DNA of 62,724 bases, filler included, from Sphacelaria rigidula (GCA_964200075.2; 10 parts of 10 records of this genome joined end to end with filler, not necessarily neighbours in it); one strand, 5' to 3'; positions 23,372 through 36,419 are shown, counted from the first letter of the whole stretch. Numbers and translations: made by a program. The notes: generated from the letters alone by a model not told the origin.

Positions 23372-24437
23372 CTCCTCCACTCAAGTCGTTCATCACGAGC
23401 AATGACTCGAGTGCTCGCCCTATTACTTTTTTCCCCAACGAGTAATGACTCGAGTGCTCGCCCTATGATTCTTTTTTTACAACGAGCAATGACTCGAGTG
23501 CACGCCCTATTCATTATTTCCACAACGAGCAATGACTCGAGTGCTCGCCTTATTCATTTTTTCCACAACGAGCAATTACTCTATTACTCGAGTGCTCGGC
23601 CTATTAGTTTTTCCCCCAACGAGCAATGACTCGAGGTCTCGCTATATTAATTTTTTCCACAACGAGCAGCCCAACGAGAGCGAGTGCCACGAGTCATACC
23701 CGTGCTTGTCCGACGTGTGAAAACCTGAACGAAAGACCAGTCCCCACCCGCACTCATGACTGTACATAACATCCGCTGCACGTCGCACATCATTGCAGTG
23801 TGCCAGCGCCCATGTGGGCCCCGCAGCTAAGCCACCGCTAGAGGTGTTTTGCTTCATCACTTTCATGCCAAGAAAGTTTTCATGGGTGTTTGATATTTAC
23901 ATACGTCGGACGAGCACGAGTGTGACTCGTGGCACTCGCACTCGTTGGGCTGCTCGTTGGCCATAAAAATGAATACAGCGAGCACTCGAGTCATTGCTCG
24001 TTGTGGAAAAAATGAATAGGGCGAGCACGAGTGTGACTCGTGGCACTCGCACTCGTTGGGCTGCTTGTTGGTCGTGAAAGTTAATAGAGCGAGCACTCGA
24101 GTCATTGCTCGTTGTGGAAAAAATAATAGGGCGAGCACTAGAGTCATTGCTCGTTGTGGAAAAAAATAATAGAGCGAGCACTCGAGTCATCACTCGTTGC
24201 GGAAAAAATTAATTGGGCAAGCACTCGAGTCACAGCTCGTTGTGGAAACAAAATAATGGGGCGAGCACTCGAGTCATTGCTCATTGTAGAAACAAATCAA
24301 TAGGGCGAGCACTCGAGTCATTACTCGTTGAGGAAAAACTTAATAGGGCGAGCATTCGAGTCATTGCTCGTTGAGGAAAAAATTAATAGGGCGAGCCCTC
24401 GAGTCATTGCTCGTGATGAACGACTTCAGTGGAGGAG
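23372..24437. mobile_element. Foldback element with arms of tandem 42-43-bp repeats (Tc1/mariner-like termini)
   Basis: TIR CTCCTCCACT(C/G)AAGTCGTTCATC at both ends, TA at the left flank. Unit ACGAGCAATGACTCGAGTGCTCGCCCTATTATTTTTTCCACA occurs about 6 times in the left arm and about 10 times inverted in the right arm. Unique centre of about 180 bp. Confidence 0.85.
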
Positions 24438-24874
24438 TCAGCAATCCGACAAGCAAATAGTTATAATGAGTTCTTTAACGATCTTGAACCAAGAATCTTC
24501 AAGTTCATATGCATATCTGCACATGTACAGACGTCAACCGCAAACACAGGCATTCAAGTACTTGCCTGCGCGACTGGCGGAACTTGACGACTTGGATATT
24601 TCCATCGTCGCGGGAGCCGAAGACGAGAGAGATGTACAGTACTTCTGTCAGGGGCGGACACCCCAGGGGCCGGGGCGGGGGTAGAAGAAGCCAAGATATA
24701 GACACCTTGACAGATGTCCGTTGGTGGTTATTTGACTGAATGGATTTGTGGTGGACGGAGCCACGGTTTTCTTGTCCAGGTAGGTCTCTGCGCCCCCATT
24801 TATTTTGCAGAGCAATGATCGATTCGAAAAGGGGCACGTATTCCGCTTGAGAGCCATTTCCCGACGATCGCGTA

Positions 24875-24979
24875 TTTGCGGTAGGTGTCCATTTGTGTTA
24901 TTTTTTCGTGAAAATGATGCTGCAGGGGCCTTATTGATCATTTCACTTGAAAATAACACAAATGGACACCTGCCGCAAA
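24875..24979. repeat. Hairpin / mini-MITE
   Basis: Inverted arms of about 43 bp (TTTGCGG(T/C)AGGTGTCCATTTGTGTTATTTT...) with a short loop. Confidence 0.8.
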
Positions 24980-25032
24980 CACACGATGAGGGGGAAGAGG
25001 GCCACAAATATATCATCCAAAGGGGTTCGTAC

Positions 25033-25132
25033 NNNNNNNNNNNNNNNNNNNNNNNNNNNNNNNNNNNNNNNNNNNNTTAATTAATTAANNNNNNNNNNNN
25101 NNNNNNNNNNNNNNNNNNNNNNNNNNNNNNNN
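25033..25132. other. Artificial contig linker
   Basis: N44-TTAATTAATTAA-N44. Confidence 0.99.
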
Positions 25133-26562
25133 CGATGACGAAGTCTGAGAGTCTTGGTCAAGAGTGATCCCCAGGGATAGCCAGCAGTTCGCTGGGAAGA
25201 TCCCTGTTACCTTGGGGTCCCAGATCCGGCTGTACAGATATGGAAGTTTCGGGGCTCCCGCGAACTTACCCCTGTAACAGCCGTTCACTAGGTTACACGT
25301 CATAAAAGGAAATATATTGCTTCCTTTAAGGTAATACACACAAGATTGCTGGCACGCACTTTGATGATTTTAGGTGCGCGCAGTTCGACTTTGGGCAAAA
25401 AAGCAAAACAAAACGCGTACAATCACACACTCTAGAACCCGACGCAAGGAAAAATGAAGAAAAAAAAAACGCTCGACACATGTCGAAGGATTCTGCGGAT
25501 CAGGCAAGTACGCGTGATGTCTTTTTCGACCCACAGTCGAAGTGTGTGCGTCAAAAATGATAAAAGTTCACACCCTGGACAACACATGGTAGATTGCTTT
25601 GTCAGAAAGTGGAATCGGTTGTCTACCATTGCAATGGACGTAATTGTCGATACTGTACGCAGTACAATTTTCAAGGTTATGTTATGTAGGCTATACCGGC
25701 TGAAATTTCGAGTACAGTATTGACATGACTATAAAAGAGGTTTGTTCTCGGAAATTCCCTTCCGAATCGTCCCGGATTATTCGGAACAAGGCTCAATACT
25801 CTGCCGGACCATACCCCACCGAAATGTTCGGTACAAATTTCCGTACCGTTTTAGATAGTATGCCGATCAAAACTCCCCCACTTCCGAGTATACCTACCCT
25901 ACACAACACAACCTTGCATTTTTTGACGATGTTATCTATTGTTCAGGATATGTGAAGATGTGCGGGAGTCCTTCTCGAAGACAAATTCAGCTAGTCACTC
26001 CGAGGTCCATGTCATCGTCGTTTCACGCGAAAATAAATGTATCGCCCAAGGGCCCAAGAGAGTACTACTTTTCGACTTTTTTTTTTTTATGATTCTGCAA
26101 GAAACGGTCCAAGATGCTACTTTACGCACGATGTTTTGAAACCTGGACCTCCCGACTGGTTTTAAAGAGAGGTTGATGGATGATGGCGGCAGCAATCGCC
26201 TGAAACACAATTCTCTCGGGTATTGCTCAACCATGCTGTCAGAAACTTGACCTCCCGGCTGCATTGAATGACGAACGCGGCAACAGCAATCGTCCAACCT
26301 TGGCTTCTCTCGGATCTGTCGTTCCAATTTGTTCAACGTTGTGCTGTGCGTGTTGGTGAGTATGTGTGTGTACCTGTGTGCGTGTCTGTTACTCGGCCAA
26401 TATAGCTCCTGGGCATGTGTTTTCTCTGCTGGCGAGAGAGTTCAATTCTTCTGCTTTGCTGTATTTTTTTGGAAGAACGTATACTCCACTTTATTCATCA
26501 CTGACCCGTTCGTTTCCCGCGATCCTGGTTTTTTGTTTTTGTTTTTCCACACGCAACGCCAG

Positions 26563-26640
26563 ACTCACGCAACCATTGGAGGCTCTCCACCTGGAGGACG
26601 ACATACAGCTGGTGTTCTTCCACCCTCTCTACACTTTCAG
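26563..26640 (+). CDS. DUF1415-like protein, exon A (LTQPLEALHLEDDIQLVFFHPLYTF)
   Basis: T-rich tract plus CAG acceptor, GTAATT donor. Q-x-x-x-FHP motif of DUF1415. 5' exons not found in this contig. Confidence 0.85.
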
Positions 26641-27584
26641 GTAATTATTGCGTAGCAGAGACATGAAAACAAGTTAACCACGAAGATATTTCGGACGACC
26701 AAGGCATAGGAGAACCCTCGGGCACGGGGGGTGCAGAGAATGCCCTAGGCCAAGTGTAAGTTGGCAGACCTCAAATCGGCGTTGACACAAACACGGTGGC
26801 GGCGAGCTAAACAAAACCGGGCCGGGATTCGGACCCCAGAACTCGTGCCCGTGAAGAAATAAGAGTCATCTCACGGTGTCGCCAACGTGAACCGGTGATG
26901 GGCCCTCCACAGATGCTTGTGGGAGATGTTTTGGAACCCTCCCATGTGATTATTTTCAAATAGTGGCAGTTTGCTGTCGCCGGCTATCAAGTGCGATGCG
27001 TGGGTCGTCACAAGGCCTTTCGGTTGTTTCCGCCATCACGCTCAGTAGATAGATTCCAGGGTTTCTTGATGAATACATGAAAAAAGTAGATTATTATTCC
27101 TCGTCCGATCCGTGTAACATGACAAAAATGGAACGCCAGCCTCTCGTGTCACAGAGGCCCCTTCTGCTTGCTGCATATTCACCGAAAGAAGCACTCATCA
27201 CGCGTACGAATCTCCGTGGTCTGTGATGCTGGTACTACGGTTGGGGGCGGTGCTGCGTTTTGATTGTTGGTGACCCCTCGACCGTCTAAGTGAGTGATCT
27301 GGGTCTCGTACTCACTTTTTGAGTGAAAAAGATGGCGATTCAGCACAAGATGGATTTCCCCTTCTGGCCTCACATGTTCACCTTCTGACCACCACAGTGG
27401 GTCATCTCCTGAATCGGCATCATTTTCATTTGAAACAGAAAATCAGGCAAGGCTGGTACGGAGGAGAATACCAGTACTGTACGTACGGTAAATGATCTGA
27501 TGTTCCTATGGAAATTTCCCCGACGGTGGTATGTATATCGCGAGAAAGTCAAATCGATATAGTCCAACGGCGAAATTTCGGTGA

Positions 27585-27706
27585 GGGGGGGTGTACTCGT
27601 GATCTTGCATGCCGTAGTTGACCTCGCACCCCTACAAGGCCGGGACAGAGCACGCCGGGTCTTCGCCGGACCAGGCTCGCAATCAATCACTAAGCGCGAA
27701 GCACCG
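27585..27706 (-). mobile_element. SINE-like element with oligo(C) 3' end, intronic
   Basis: Homologous to 6897-7036. G-rich sequence on both flanks. Confidence 0.65.
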
Positions 27707-27979
27707 AGGGTAGGGGGGGTAGTCAAATCGTATGGCTCCAAACGGGAAGGTTTCTAGCGGAAATATGGCATACTTGCACCATCCGAGAACATCAAGGCAT
27801 GTGGCTAACGCCGACGCGCTCAGCGAGAGCGGTATCAGCGGAGGCGTTGTTTGTCAGCAATGATATTTGAGGACGTGAAGAATGTCGAGTGCACTGGATA
27901 ATTGTCGGAAGGAATCCAGATCCGGATCTTCATTCACGCGTTTACTTTGTTTTCATAATAACCCGGTGCTCTGCGGATG

Positions 27980-28218
27980 CAGGGGGACTTTTATGTCATG
28001 CACAGCACGCGATGCCACGATGCGTTTTTTACTCAAATCGATGCCCTAGAAAACGGACAAGACACCCTTTGGCCACTTGAAACGCGGTCGCTGCCCCGAG
28101 TGTTTGGTCTACGTTCTTCTGGGTTAGGATTAGGGTTAACGTTGAGAGTACCGTTCGGTCAGTCTATGTATAAGATTTCGAGATGTGCCTTGCATGCACG
28201 ATATAGTGAACATACCTC
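27980..28218. mobile_element. Degenerate TTAGGG-containing element (Zisupton-like family)
   Basis: CAG...ACCTC ends, GGGTTAGGATTAGGGTTA at 28121, weak subterminal inverted repeats, TSD only 5/8. Confidence 0.4.
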
Positions 28219-28762
28219 GGAGGAGGGAGGGGGGCGTCAATACTTGCACCACAGGGCCCGAGAGGGCGAAACCGAAGTGAATACTGAGCAGCTCTCTGAG
28301 CTCCGAAAATAAAAAATAATTATGGTACGATTTGAGCAGCGGAGGGAATGTCTTGCTCAGTACACCCACATATAATATATGTTTGGATAGCAGTGTGTGA
28401 AAAGTGTTGTGTGTTGCGGTGTGTGAGCGAGAGACAGGGGAGAAGAGAGCGAGTCGACTTCACGTTGGCGGCGGATGACGTGTCCATGCAGAGGGACCCA
28501 TCGCGCACGTTCGAGAGAGAAACCGCGGGAGCGATAGAAAACAAGGCTTTCGTCCCCGAAATTGTAGGAACGGACGAAGGGCTTTTGCGCGGACAAAGAA
28601 ATGTCCTCTAATTTCAAGTGAACGAAATCGTGACCTTTTGGGGCCCGAGGGCGCGCGGAATCTCGCCCTGTGAGACGTCGAGAGAATTATTTCGCGGGCT
28701 CCGGTGAAAATTTCAGTGTATGAAAAAAGCATCGTCTGATTTTTTCTTTCCCCCCCTCTCAG

Positions 28763-28853
28763 GGATGGGAGCGATCGCCTCGGTAGTGGAGGCGCGGCCA
28801 ACTTCGCGCGCCGATCTCCATTCCCGATGATTAACATCCTCAGGACTAAACAG
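28763..28853 (+). CDS. DUF1415-like protein, exon B (DGSDRLGSGGAANFARRSPFPMINILRTKQ)
   Basis: Pyrimidine tract plus CAG acceptor, GT donor, 91 nt. Phase is compatible with exons A and C. RSP(Y/F)P...LR motif. Not captured by the ORF track. Confidence 0.9.
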
Positions 28854-29252
28854 GTGCGAGGTCCCCATGTTTAACCCAAGGATTCTTACCGAAGAAATTT
28901 TAGTTGCAGAGATTGTTGTGCTGGGGATAAGGGAGGGTTGGAAAATTTTGGGTTGCTGCTGATCTACCGGTTCACGTTATTCTGTCAGCTTTTGCTCGTG
29001 TCTGTCTTTGAGGGGTAAGACGACGCTTGGGTAGTGGGTAAAAGGAGTCAGGAGCTGTTGAAACCGGCGCTCGTACACAACACAAAGGGTTCGGTGTGGT
29101 GGAACACCTGCATTTATTGTTTTTCTCGCATCACGTTTCTGCACCCAAATCGTACGAGCAAGCAATGGGCAAACAACGTGAGGTGTCTTTTTGCCCCGCA
29201 CCCACTTGTTGTGTTGTTTTGTACTGCGTTTTACTTGCGTGAAATGAATCAG

Positions 29253-29387
29253 GTGCGCCTGGGCCAGCGGTCCATCCCCACGGGACTCGTGTACAAGCAA
29301 AATGAAGAGGTGCTCGAAGAGATCGGAGCTGGTACCCTGCAGAAAATGCTTGAGACGCGGGACTGGGCAGGACTTGCGGGCAAGAAG
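29253..29387 (+). CDS. DUF1415-like protein, exon C (VRLGQRSIPTGLVYKQNEEVLEEIG...RDW)
   Basis: CAG/GT boundaries, 135 nt, phase 0-0. Y-x-x-N-x-x-x-L-x-x-x-G motif. Confidence 0.85.
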
Positions 29388-29824
29388 GTAGACACGCACG
29401 GAGCTATGCGTGTATTTTTTACCCCTTGGCCGTAGTTTCTCAACTGTTGTACTTCGCGCCGACATTTTAGCGTCCATTACATCACTGTTTCAACCATGTG
29501 AGCGCTTCGATCGACAAGTGATCGCCCTGCCGTTCGATCCGGTGATCAATTTCTAATGTTCAGCTATAGTATTGTGACTGAAAATTTTCCGCACGTTATC
29601 CCCATGGTGTGTACCGCAGCCGCCACCCCCCTCTGTACGTCCACGTTGGTCACCACCAGCCACTTCCATCATGTTGTAACGGTCAGGGTCGAGTTTCGAG
29701 TACAGCAGTGCTACGACTAGTTCGGTACTCCCAATATCAATCCTCGCCCGCGGTCGTCTCACCTCTTCACCCCATATACTCCTCCTCTTATCATGCATGT
29801 GTAATGATCCACCCACGCACCCAG

Positions 29825-30589
29825 GTGGACCGTCGGCGGGTAGACTACTACGAGACCGCTCGCAAGCTTCAAGGCCTGGGTGTCGAAGCCCCCACCTCAC
29901 CATCATCAACACCAATCCAGTCATCCAGCGCCGCCGATCCCTCCGAAGAGGGGAAGACTTCGTCGGACTCAGAACGCACAGAAGCACACGAATCGGTGCC
30001 CACGACCGCGGGGGATGTGAACTTCCAGTCTAGGGTGGGTGGGGGCGGCGGCGGGGACGGCGAGGGGGAACGACCAAAAGATGGGGACGCCGGCGGTAGC
30101 GGTGGGAGCTCGAAGTGGACTGATGGAGGAGAAGGATTTTACACCGGGGCTGCTGCTGATCAGATGGCGACAGTTGCACTGGCGGCGGCGGCTTCGGCGC
30201 GAGCGCAGGCGGCAGCGACTGGGGCCCGGTACGACACGCCGCCAGGGTGGATCGGGATGGCGACAGGTGCCGACGCGACGGCGGAGGCGGCGGCCGAAGA
30301 AGTCGTGACGGCGAGCGAGGAAGCCGCGGCGGCGAGCGAGGAAGCCGCGACGGCGAGCGAGGAAGCTGCGGCGGCGGGTGAGGGAACAGCGGTGGCGGGA
30401 GAGGCTCCCGTCGATGCATTGCATGCACGAGCAGCGCCTAGCTCGGAGGCGATCGCGGAGGATGATCTTCGAATTGTCGCGACGGCCTTGGTGAAGAGGC
30501 TGGGCAGTGGAAAACCGTTGAAGCCTGATATTTTTGAGGAATTTAGTGCCGCGGTGGACCGTATGCTCGCGGATACAGCGGCGGCTTGA
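29825..30589 (+). CDS. DUF1415-like protein, terminal exon (Ser/Gly/Ala/Glu-rich tail)
   Basis: CAG acceptor at 29822-29824, open to TGA at 30589. GC-rich, with ASEEAAA tandem repeats. Confidence 0.8.
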   Translation: MDRRRVDYYETARKLQGLGVEAPTSPSSTPIQSSSAADPSEEGKTSSDSERTEAHESVPTTAGDVNFQSRVGGGGGGDGEGERPKDGDAGGSGGSSKWTDGGEGFYTGAAADQMATVALAAAASARAQAAATGARYDTPPGWIGMATGADATAEAAAEEVVTASEEAAAASEEAATASEEAAAAGEGTAVAGEAPVDALHARAAPSSEAIAEDDLRIVATALVKRLGSGKPLKPDIFEEFSAAVDRMLADTAAA

Positions 30590-31257
30590 AATGCTCAAGG
30601 CGTGTGTATTTCTCCTTTCGGAGAAGGAGACGTTGCTGATATCGATGGTGCTAAGTATTTTGTGCATATTTTGTTGAAGCCGTGAATGCAAAGAATGTGA
30701 AATGTCACTCTGCTTTGGGTCGCCAAGGTTCGAGTCGCGGTTGCCGTTGCGGCTTTCGTGTTCTTGTACGATAGCTTTGTCGTTTCGCCGACAAAGGCCG
30801 GATGGACTGTTACGGCGACACTCGGTGGACACCGCCACAGATTGGATGCACATGTTTCCTTCGGGCTCGGCCTAGATTGCCACCGTATCAGAAAACGCTT
30901 GACTGAAGTAATTGACCGCGGTTTATGACGGCTGGAATGATGAGCTATCGATGCTAGTAGTTCAAGCAGTACCGTTAAACAAGATATGTTACCCGTCAAT
31001 TCAGTTAGCGCCAGATGAGGCTTGCAAAATTTCCGTTTACCTTGATATTTTCGTCCATGTCACTTGCTCAGCAACGAGTCCAGTTCGTGTCATCCGTGTT
31101 TTTTTCATCACCCAGATATTGAGCGTTCTCCTGGATCGGTGTGCCTTCTCCGCACTCTAGCAGACACTCGATCTACACGCCGTATCACGGTCACTTCGTG
31201 AAGTTGAGGGGCAGCAGCTAGTACTCCGGCTGTTGTAAAACATTGCTTGAAAATGCC

Positions 31258-31315
31258 CACGGTTAGGACGGATCATCACGACTCAAAATCACCAAATTCA
31301 CGATTTCTTCGGCTT
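31258..31315. mobile_element. Terminus of a CAC...GTG MITE, cut by the contig end
   Basis: CACGGTTAGGACGGATCATC...ATCACCAAATTCACGATTT resembles the reverse complement of 44580-44636. Confidence 0.6.
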
Positions 31316-31415
31316 NNNNNNNNNNNNNNNNNNNNNNNNNNNNNNNNNNNNNNNNNNNNTTAATTAATTAANNNNNNNNNNNNNNNNNNNNNNNNNNNNN
31401 NNNNNNNNNNNNNNN
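31316..31415. other. Artificial contig linker
   Basis: N44-TTAATTAATTAA-N44. Confidence 0.99.
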
Positions 31416-31713
31416 TTAGCTCGACAACCATCGTAGTTACCGGAAAAAACGCAAGCGCGCAAAAATATCCCGGTAACCTGGTTGCCTAGCTTACGCAGTA
31501 AGTGGCGTGTTTTACAGCGTCATCGCCAACCGACGCCAACCCCATCAGGGAATCCGCCCCTACAAAGCCGGGACGGAGCACGCCGGGTTTTCGCCGGACC
31601 AGGCTCGCACTCAATCACCAAGCGCGAAGAGGAAAACAGCGGGGGGACGTACTCATTTGTTGCTTGCCTTAGTCGTTTGACCATTGACCACGCATCCCTT
31701 TCGAGACGGAGCA
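31416..31713 (-). repeat. SINE-like composite repeat plus a LINE 3'-end fragment of about 70 bp
   Basis: 31418-31625 matches 7188-7375. 31641-31713 matches the LINE terminus at 7454-7527. Confidence 0.75.
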
Positions 31714-31991
31714 GCTACTGCTGTTGTTGTACTCTCTGATTTAATTGGTCTTTGTCCGTAGTCACCCCCAAAGTCGGTATCTGCATCGGAATAATCTTTA
31801 CTTGCAAACTGATTCATCAGTACGCCCACGAGAAATGCACCTGCGGCAGAGTATGTGATTTGCGCAGAAGGCCTTGCAGGGTTCTCTTGGAACCGACCGG
31901 ACGGATCCTTTGTTTCTGAGTGGCTAGCTTGATTTGTCCATCAGGAGAAGCCAGGACACGTTTGGAGGAAAATTTCCTATGTGTTTTGTGA

Positions 31992-33513
31992 GTGGTTCGC
32001 ACCCCTAACTGTGTCATCAGCAAATGCCTTTCGCAATAACTTCTACCCAATAGCCGCATACATGACATCATACTGATCGCCACACACAGCTGAAGAGCGC
32101 GAAAAAGCCGGATTTGAGTGTAAGACCATCGTAGTAGCGCTAAGGGCGAAAAGGTATATGGACCAATCAGCGTCCGTCAAATTGTTCCGAGATCGAAATT
32201 ACGAATTCCAAGCCCAATTTTCACCCAATCTCCACATGCTTCAAACCGTAGTAACGTTCATCGGCTCGGGAATCTAACGAAAAAAACATATTTCAAAACG
32301 GTTACTACGGGGGTCGAATTATACCCGAAACCGTGATGTTTCGGTGATGCCGGGTGTTGGCGTCGTCTAATTTCCACTAATGATGCGCACGAAAGTCCCG
32401 GGGAGTCTCGTGACGGTGTCCCCTATATCTGTAGTAGAGACACTCAGATCGCCCTCAAACTTGGCAGTTCCGTGGGTATTGATGCTCCAGATGGAAAAAT
32501 CGTATTCTTGTCAATATTTCATAGTTTCTCCGTTGTTTATCGGCTTCGAAAGGTTCCAGCATGAAGACCCCTGGGAGGCGGTACAGAACGCCCTAAAAAA
32601 CAAACAAAAAAACGATGCCTCCCGGGATAGTCCAAGGAACGCATGTACAGAGTTTGGTGGAGAAACTCGAAAATCTCACACTGTTTTTCTTGCCTTGACG
32701 TGAAAGTCACCCCAGAAAACGTTTCGATACTAAAACCAAGTAGTTAGGAGTTGCACGTTTCAAGTCCACGTCTTCCACAAACGCGCAAACCGTGACGCCG
32801 TTATTAGGAGTCAGATTCTGAAACATTGCACAAATATGCTATGTATCATTATGCGACTTTCTACGGACGACGTTTTTCACTTCCCAAGTTTTTCACCGTT
32901 TTTCGGGGGTGCGACAGGATCCAAGTCGGTTTTCGAAGTAGTCACCATCCTGGGACCCCGGAAAACCGGCACTACGATAGGTTTCTTCAATTTTTCGTGA
33001 ATGAGCTATCGTCGCATAGTCCAAGGAAGGGCCCAACAAATTTTATCGTAAAACTCGATCAGCTGATCCTTGAATTTCCATGTTCACGTCAAAAAAGGCC
33101 CAAAAACGCCGTTTTCATACTAAAATCAAGTAGTTTGCGGTTTCACCGCGGCACGTCAAAGTTCATCGCACAAAAGCGAAAAACCTCACGCCGTTCAAAG
33201 GAGATAGGCCCTGAAATTTTGCACAACTATGCTATGGGTCATTACGCATATTTGGATAAACGAGTTTTTTTTGTTTTCTTTTCTTTACCGTTTTACGGCG
33301 TTTTACGGGGGTCCGATTGGATCGATGTTTCCCGGGAAAAACTGGGACCCCCGAAAAACGGCGAAAAAAATGAAAAAGTCGAAAAAAACCTCGACCTTGG
33401 AAAGTTGCACAATGCCCCATAGAACATGTGTGCAAGATTTCAGGGTCTAAATCCTTGATACGGCGTGAGGTTTTGCCGGTGAGTGTTTTTTGGGAGATGA
33501 GCCTGAACCAGTT
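31992..33513. mobile_element. Second, inverted copy of the 1.5-kb TIR element
   Basis: Colinear reverse-complement similarity to 1490-2999 along its whole length. Confidence 0.85.
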
Positions 33514-36394
33514 TGTTTTGACTAATCCCTTACAATCACGCAAAGCTGGTGATAGTGGGGGCGAGGGGGAGGGAGCTGGGTGGCCTTGTTTATTTGACAT
33601 ATTTTGCACTTATACCCTCCCTCTTTCTCGGTACAAGTTCATTATCTCGAGATAATATCACCTTACAATTCATCATCTTCCGCTGAATCAGCACTCCCGC
33701 TCCCCGTCAATTTCCAATATTCCATCTAAATCGTGTACTTTGCACAACCACGTTCTCAAGCATTCCACGATGGAAATTTCGACATGAAATTCCACAAATT
33801 AATCACAAGTCGATTCACTGAAGCAAAATTTCCCAAAGCAAAATGTGCACCTCACACGATCAACGGTATCATCACAAGTAGCATCACAAGGACAAAGCGA
33901 ACGCACACCGCCAGTCACCGACATCCGCTCAAACGAGCGCTATTGAACTAGCAAAGGACTGTAGTCCGCGATGAAGTTGTTCGATTGCCATTTCGGGTGA
34001 TGATTAACCCGGTACAAATTGAAGCTATACTCGCCATCGCCGCAATATTTGTCTATACGCATGAGCTTTCAGCCTCAACGAGGACTATCGTATCTCTTAG
34101 TCCCAGTACCAACCCTTAACCTATTCGTAATCCTTTTGGGAAACAGAAACGAGTATATTTCGCGTTGGCCAAGAACATGTGGGCCTCTCATCTTCCTATT
34201 GTTTGCCTCCCGTTATCCCTATTTTGCGTCAAGACAGACAAATTCTCGTTAGATTCGGCGAAATCGAATAAACAATACCCTGCAAGTCTCCGCGAGTAGC
34301 TTCATGGCGCTCGTCAGGTGACATGTACTGGTCTTACAATCTTATATGGGGGTATAAGGCAGTGATGTACAAGTGAGCTGCCACACAATCGATCTCTTTA
34401 TATACCTTCGCCACATTAGTTCGACAATCCTAACTCGCGGTCTACTCTTTCGGATCATTGAAGCTGTGGAAACCCTCTGCACGAATTCAGAAACAAGTCA
34501 TAATTCAAACCAACGTCATGGGGTTGAGAGGTCTGACGACGTCTGGAGGCCAAGTACTTGGACCTACAGTATATGAATCCCCCTCTCTTTTGGGATCGAC
34601 GGCAATTTGGGCGCGCAGTTTCAAATACACAAACGATACCCGTCGGCTCTGAATATGTAGTTTGAAGGGTATCGTCTGCTGTCGATGGAGCTGTACAGTA
34701 TATATACTGCACACCATCCACTTGGCTGATTAAGATGGACAGACCGCGTTTCTTTGCTTTTCGGGACTTGTACGAATCATGACGTCAAAATACCACTAAA
34801 ACGTGCATATTGGCTACGGGACAATCCCGAGGCTTACAGATTGGGTGCCTGTGGCGGCAAGATTTTCGACAAGACAAGAATATTCGTCATTGAAAAAATA
34901 ACAAGAAGCAGCGTCTAATGTAACACACCAATCCACTCACACACACATAAAAACCCACCAAGGCCAGCTTGATGAGCCGACGGTGGGCGGCAGTTTCCAA
35001 GTCCGATGGAGGAATTCGCGCTGAATGTCGTCATGGTCGTTACAGACGATGTCTTCCTTATCAACTCATACATGATTATAATTTTTTGCCAGTGTGACAC
35101 CACGAACAACCCCAGTGGGCTTACTTGAGGACTCACTTGGTGCCTCCAGAAAAAACAAGAAAAACTGTGCCGGAGAATACAATATTCCTGAACCGGGTGA
35201 ACACTACCAGCTGGGCCAGTAGCAAATTCCGCATTCGCTTTCCAAACCACAACTCCTCAAGTTTTCCAAACCAGCGCGGCTTGAGCATATCACTGTGAAC
35301 TGCAGACCAACCTGGTGACACATGGCACCGCGGCTGAATGAAGAAAAAATATGAAAAAAATGCACTACCTAATATATGCCCTTGACGCCGGGACGAAAGA
35401 AAAAAACTGTCGGGATTGAAACTCATGACCTCCATAACCGGAGTCTCCTGTATCACTTGGATAAAGAGGTGCAGCCATGTCACACGAAATGTGCGATGCG
35501 ACGCCCAAATAGCGGCATTTTTGGCCAAAACTTCACCAGGATCTCCTGGACGGGAGTGCCCACAGCATGATTCAGGGGTGCAGACGTTTTCATCAGTGTT
35601 TCACGTAGTTGGAGTATATTTTGTGTTTTTGCTGAAACTTCAACTCGCTCTAACTTCCTGTTTTCTTTTTCTTTCCTCTGCACCCCATATTACTTCCTGT
35701 TTTCATTTTCTTTCCTCTGCACCCCATATTAGGTGCGCGAGTTCATGATAAAAATGTCGTGTAAAAAAACCAGCGCCTAACTCTTCGAATTACCAATCGC
35801 ATCGCCAGGATTCATTCAAACATCACTGTCGGCTGGTCCACCTCGTACGAACTTGGGTCGAAGGGCATATCGCCTTTCATTTTGCCGCATTGCGAGAGTC
35901 GCCTAGACTCTGGTGCGAACTATTTCAGGTTTTCCCGAAACGGTTCAACCATAGCTTTTGAGCAAGACCGCACACATGCATACGGTAGGGGAAGTCGCAT
36001 TGCCTGGGAAAACTCTCTCAACATCATACACGGCATTGACGGGCGATTCCATCATAAGCCCTGTCGGCATGTTGCCCAATATGTACACCTACTGTACACG
36101 CTAGGGCGCCAGTTAGCCAAATCTAAAACCGCTCAATATTCGGGGAAGAATGTGGTTCACAACAAATCGAGGTTTTGAATACGATTTTGTTCGATTGCTT
36201 ACGGCGACGGAACATTCGTTTCATTCCCACCTATTGATTCCTATGTAGTATGTAGCGAATGTAATTGCACAACCACACGGACAGATGCAATGAAAGAATC
36301 AAAGGGGGGGGGGGGGGGGGGGGAGGAGATATTCAAGATTCAGATTTCCGGCGATAGAGTGAACGATAGCCGACACGTTGTCGTGCACTGCTCT

Positions 36395-36419
36395 AGGTTA
36401 GGGTTAGGGTTAGGGTTAG
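36395..36419 (+). repeat. Interstitial telomere-type repeat, about (TTAGGG)4
   Basis: AGGTTAGGGTTAGGGTTAGGGTTAG. Confidence 0.85.

Noticed and set aside
23395..24415. CRISPR-like array of regularly spaced palindromic repeats
   Set aside because: The linkers are short, T-rich and similar to each other rather than unique spacers. The array flips orientation inside TIRs, no cas genes are present, and the context is eukaryotic.
36395..36419. True telomere
   Set aside because: Only about four units, internal to the contig. Similar tracts here lie inside mobile elements.
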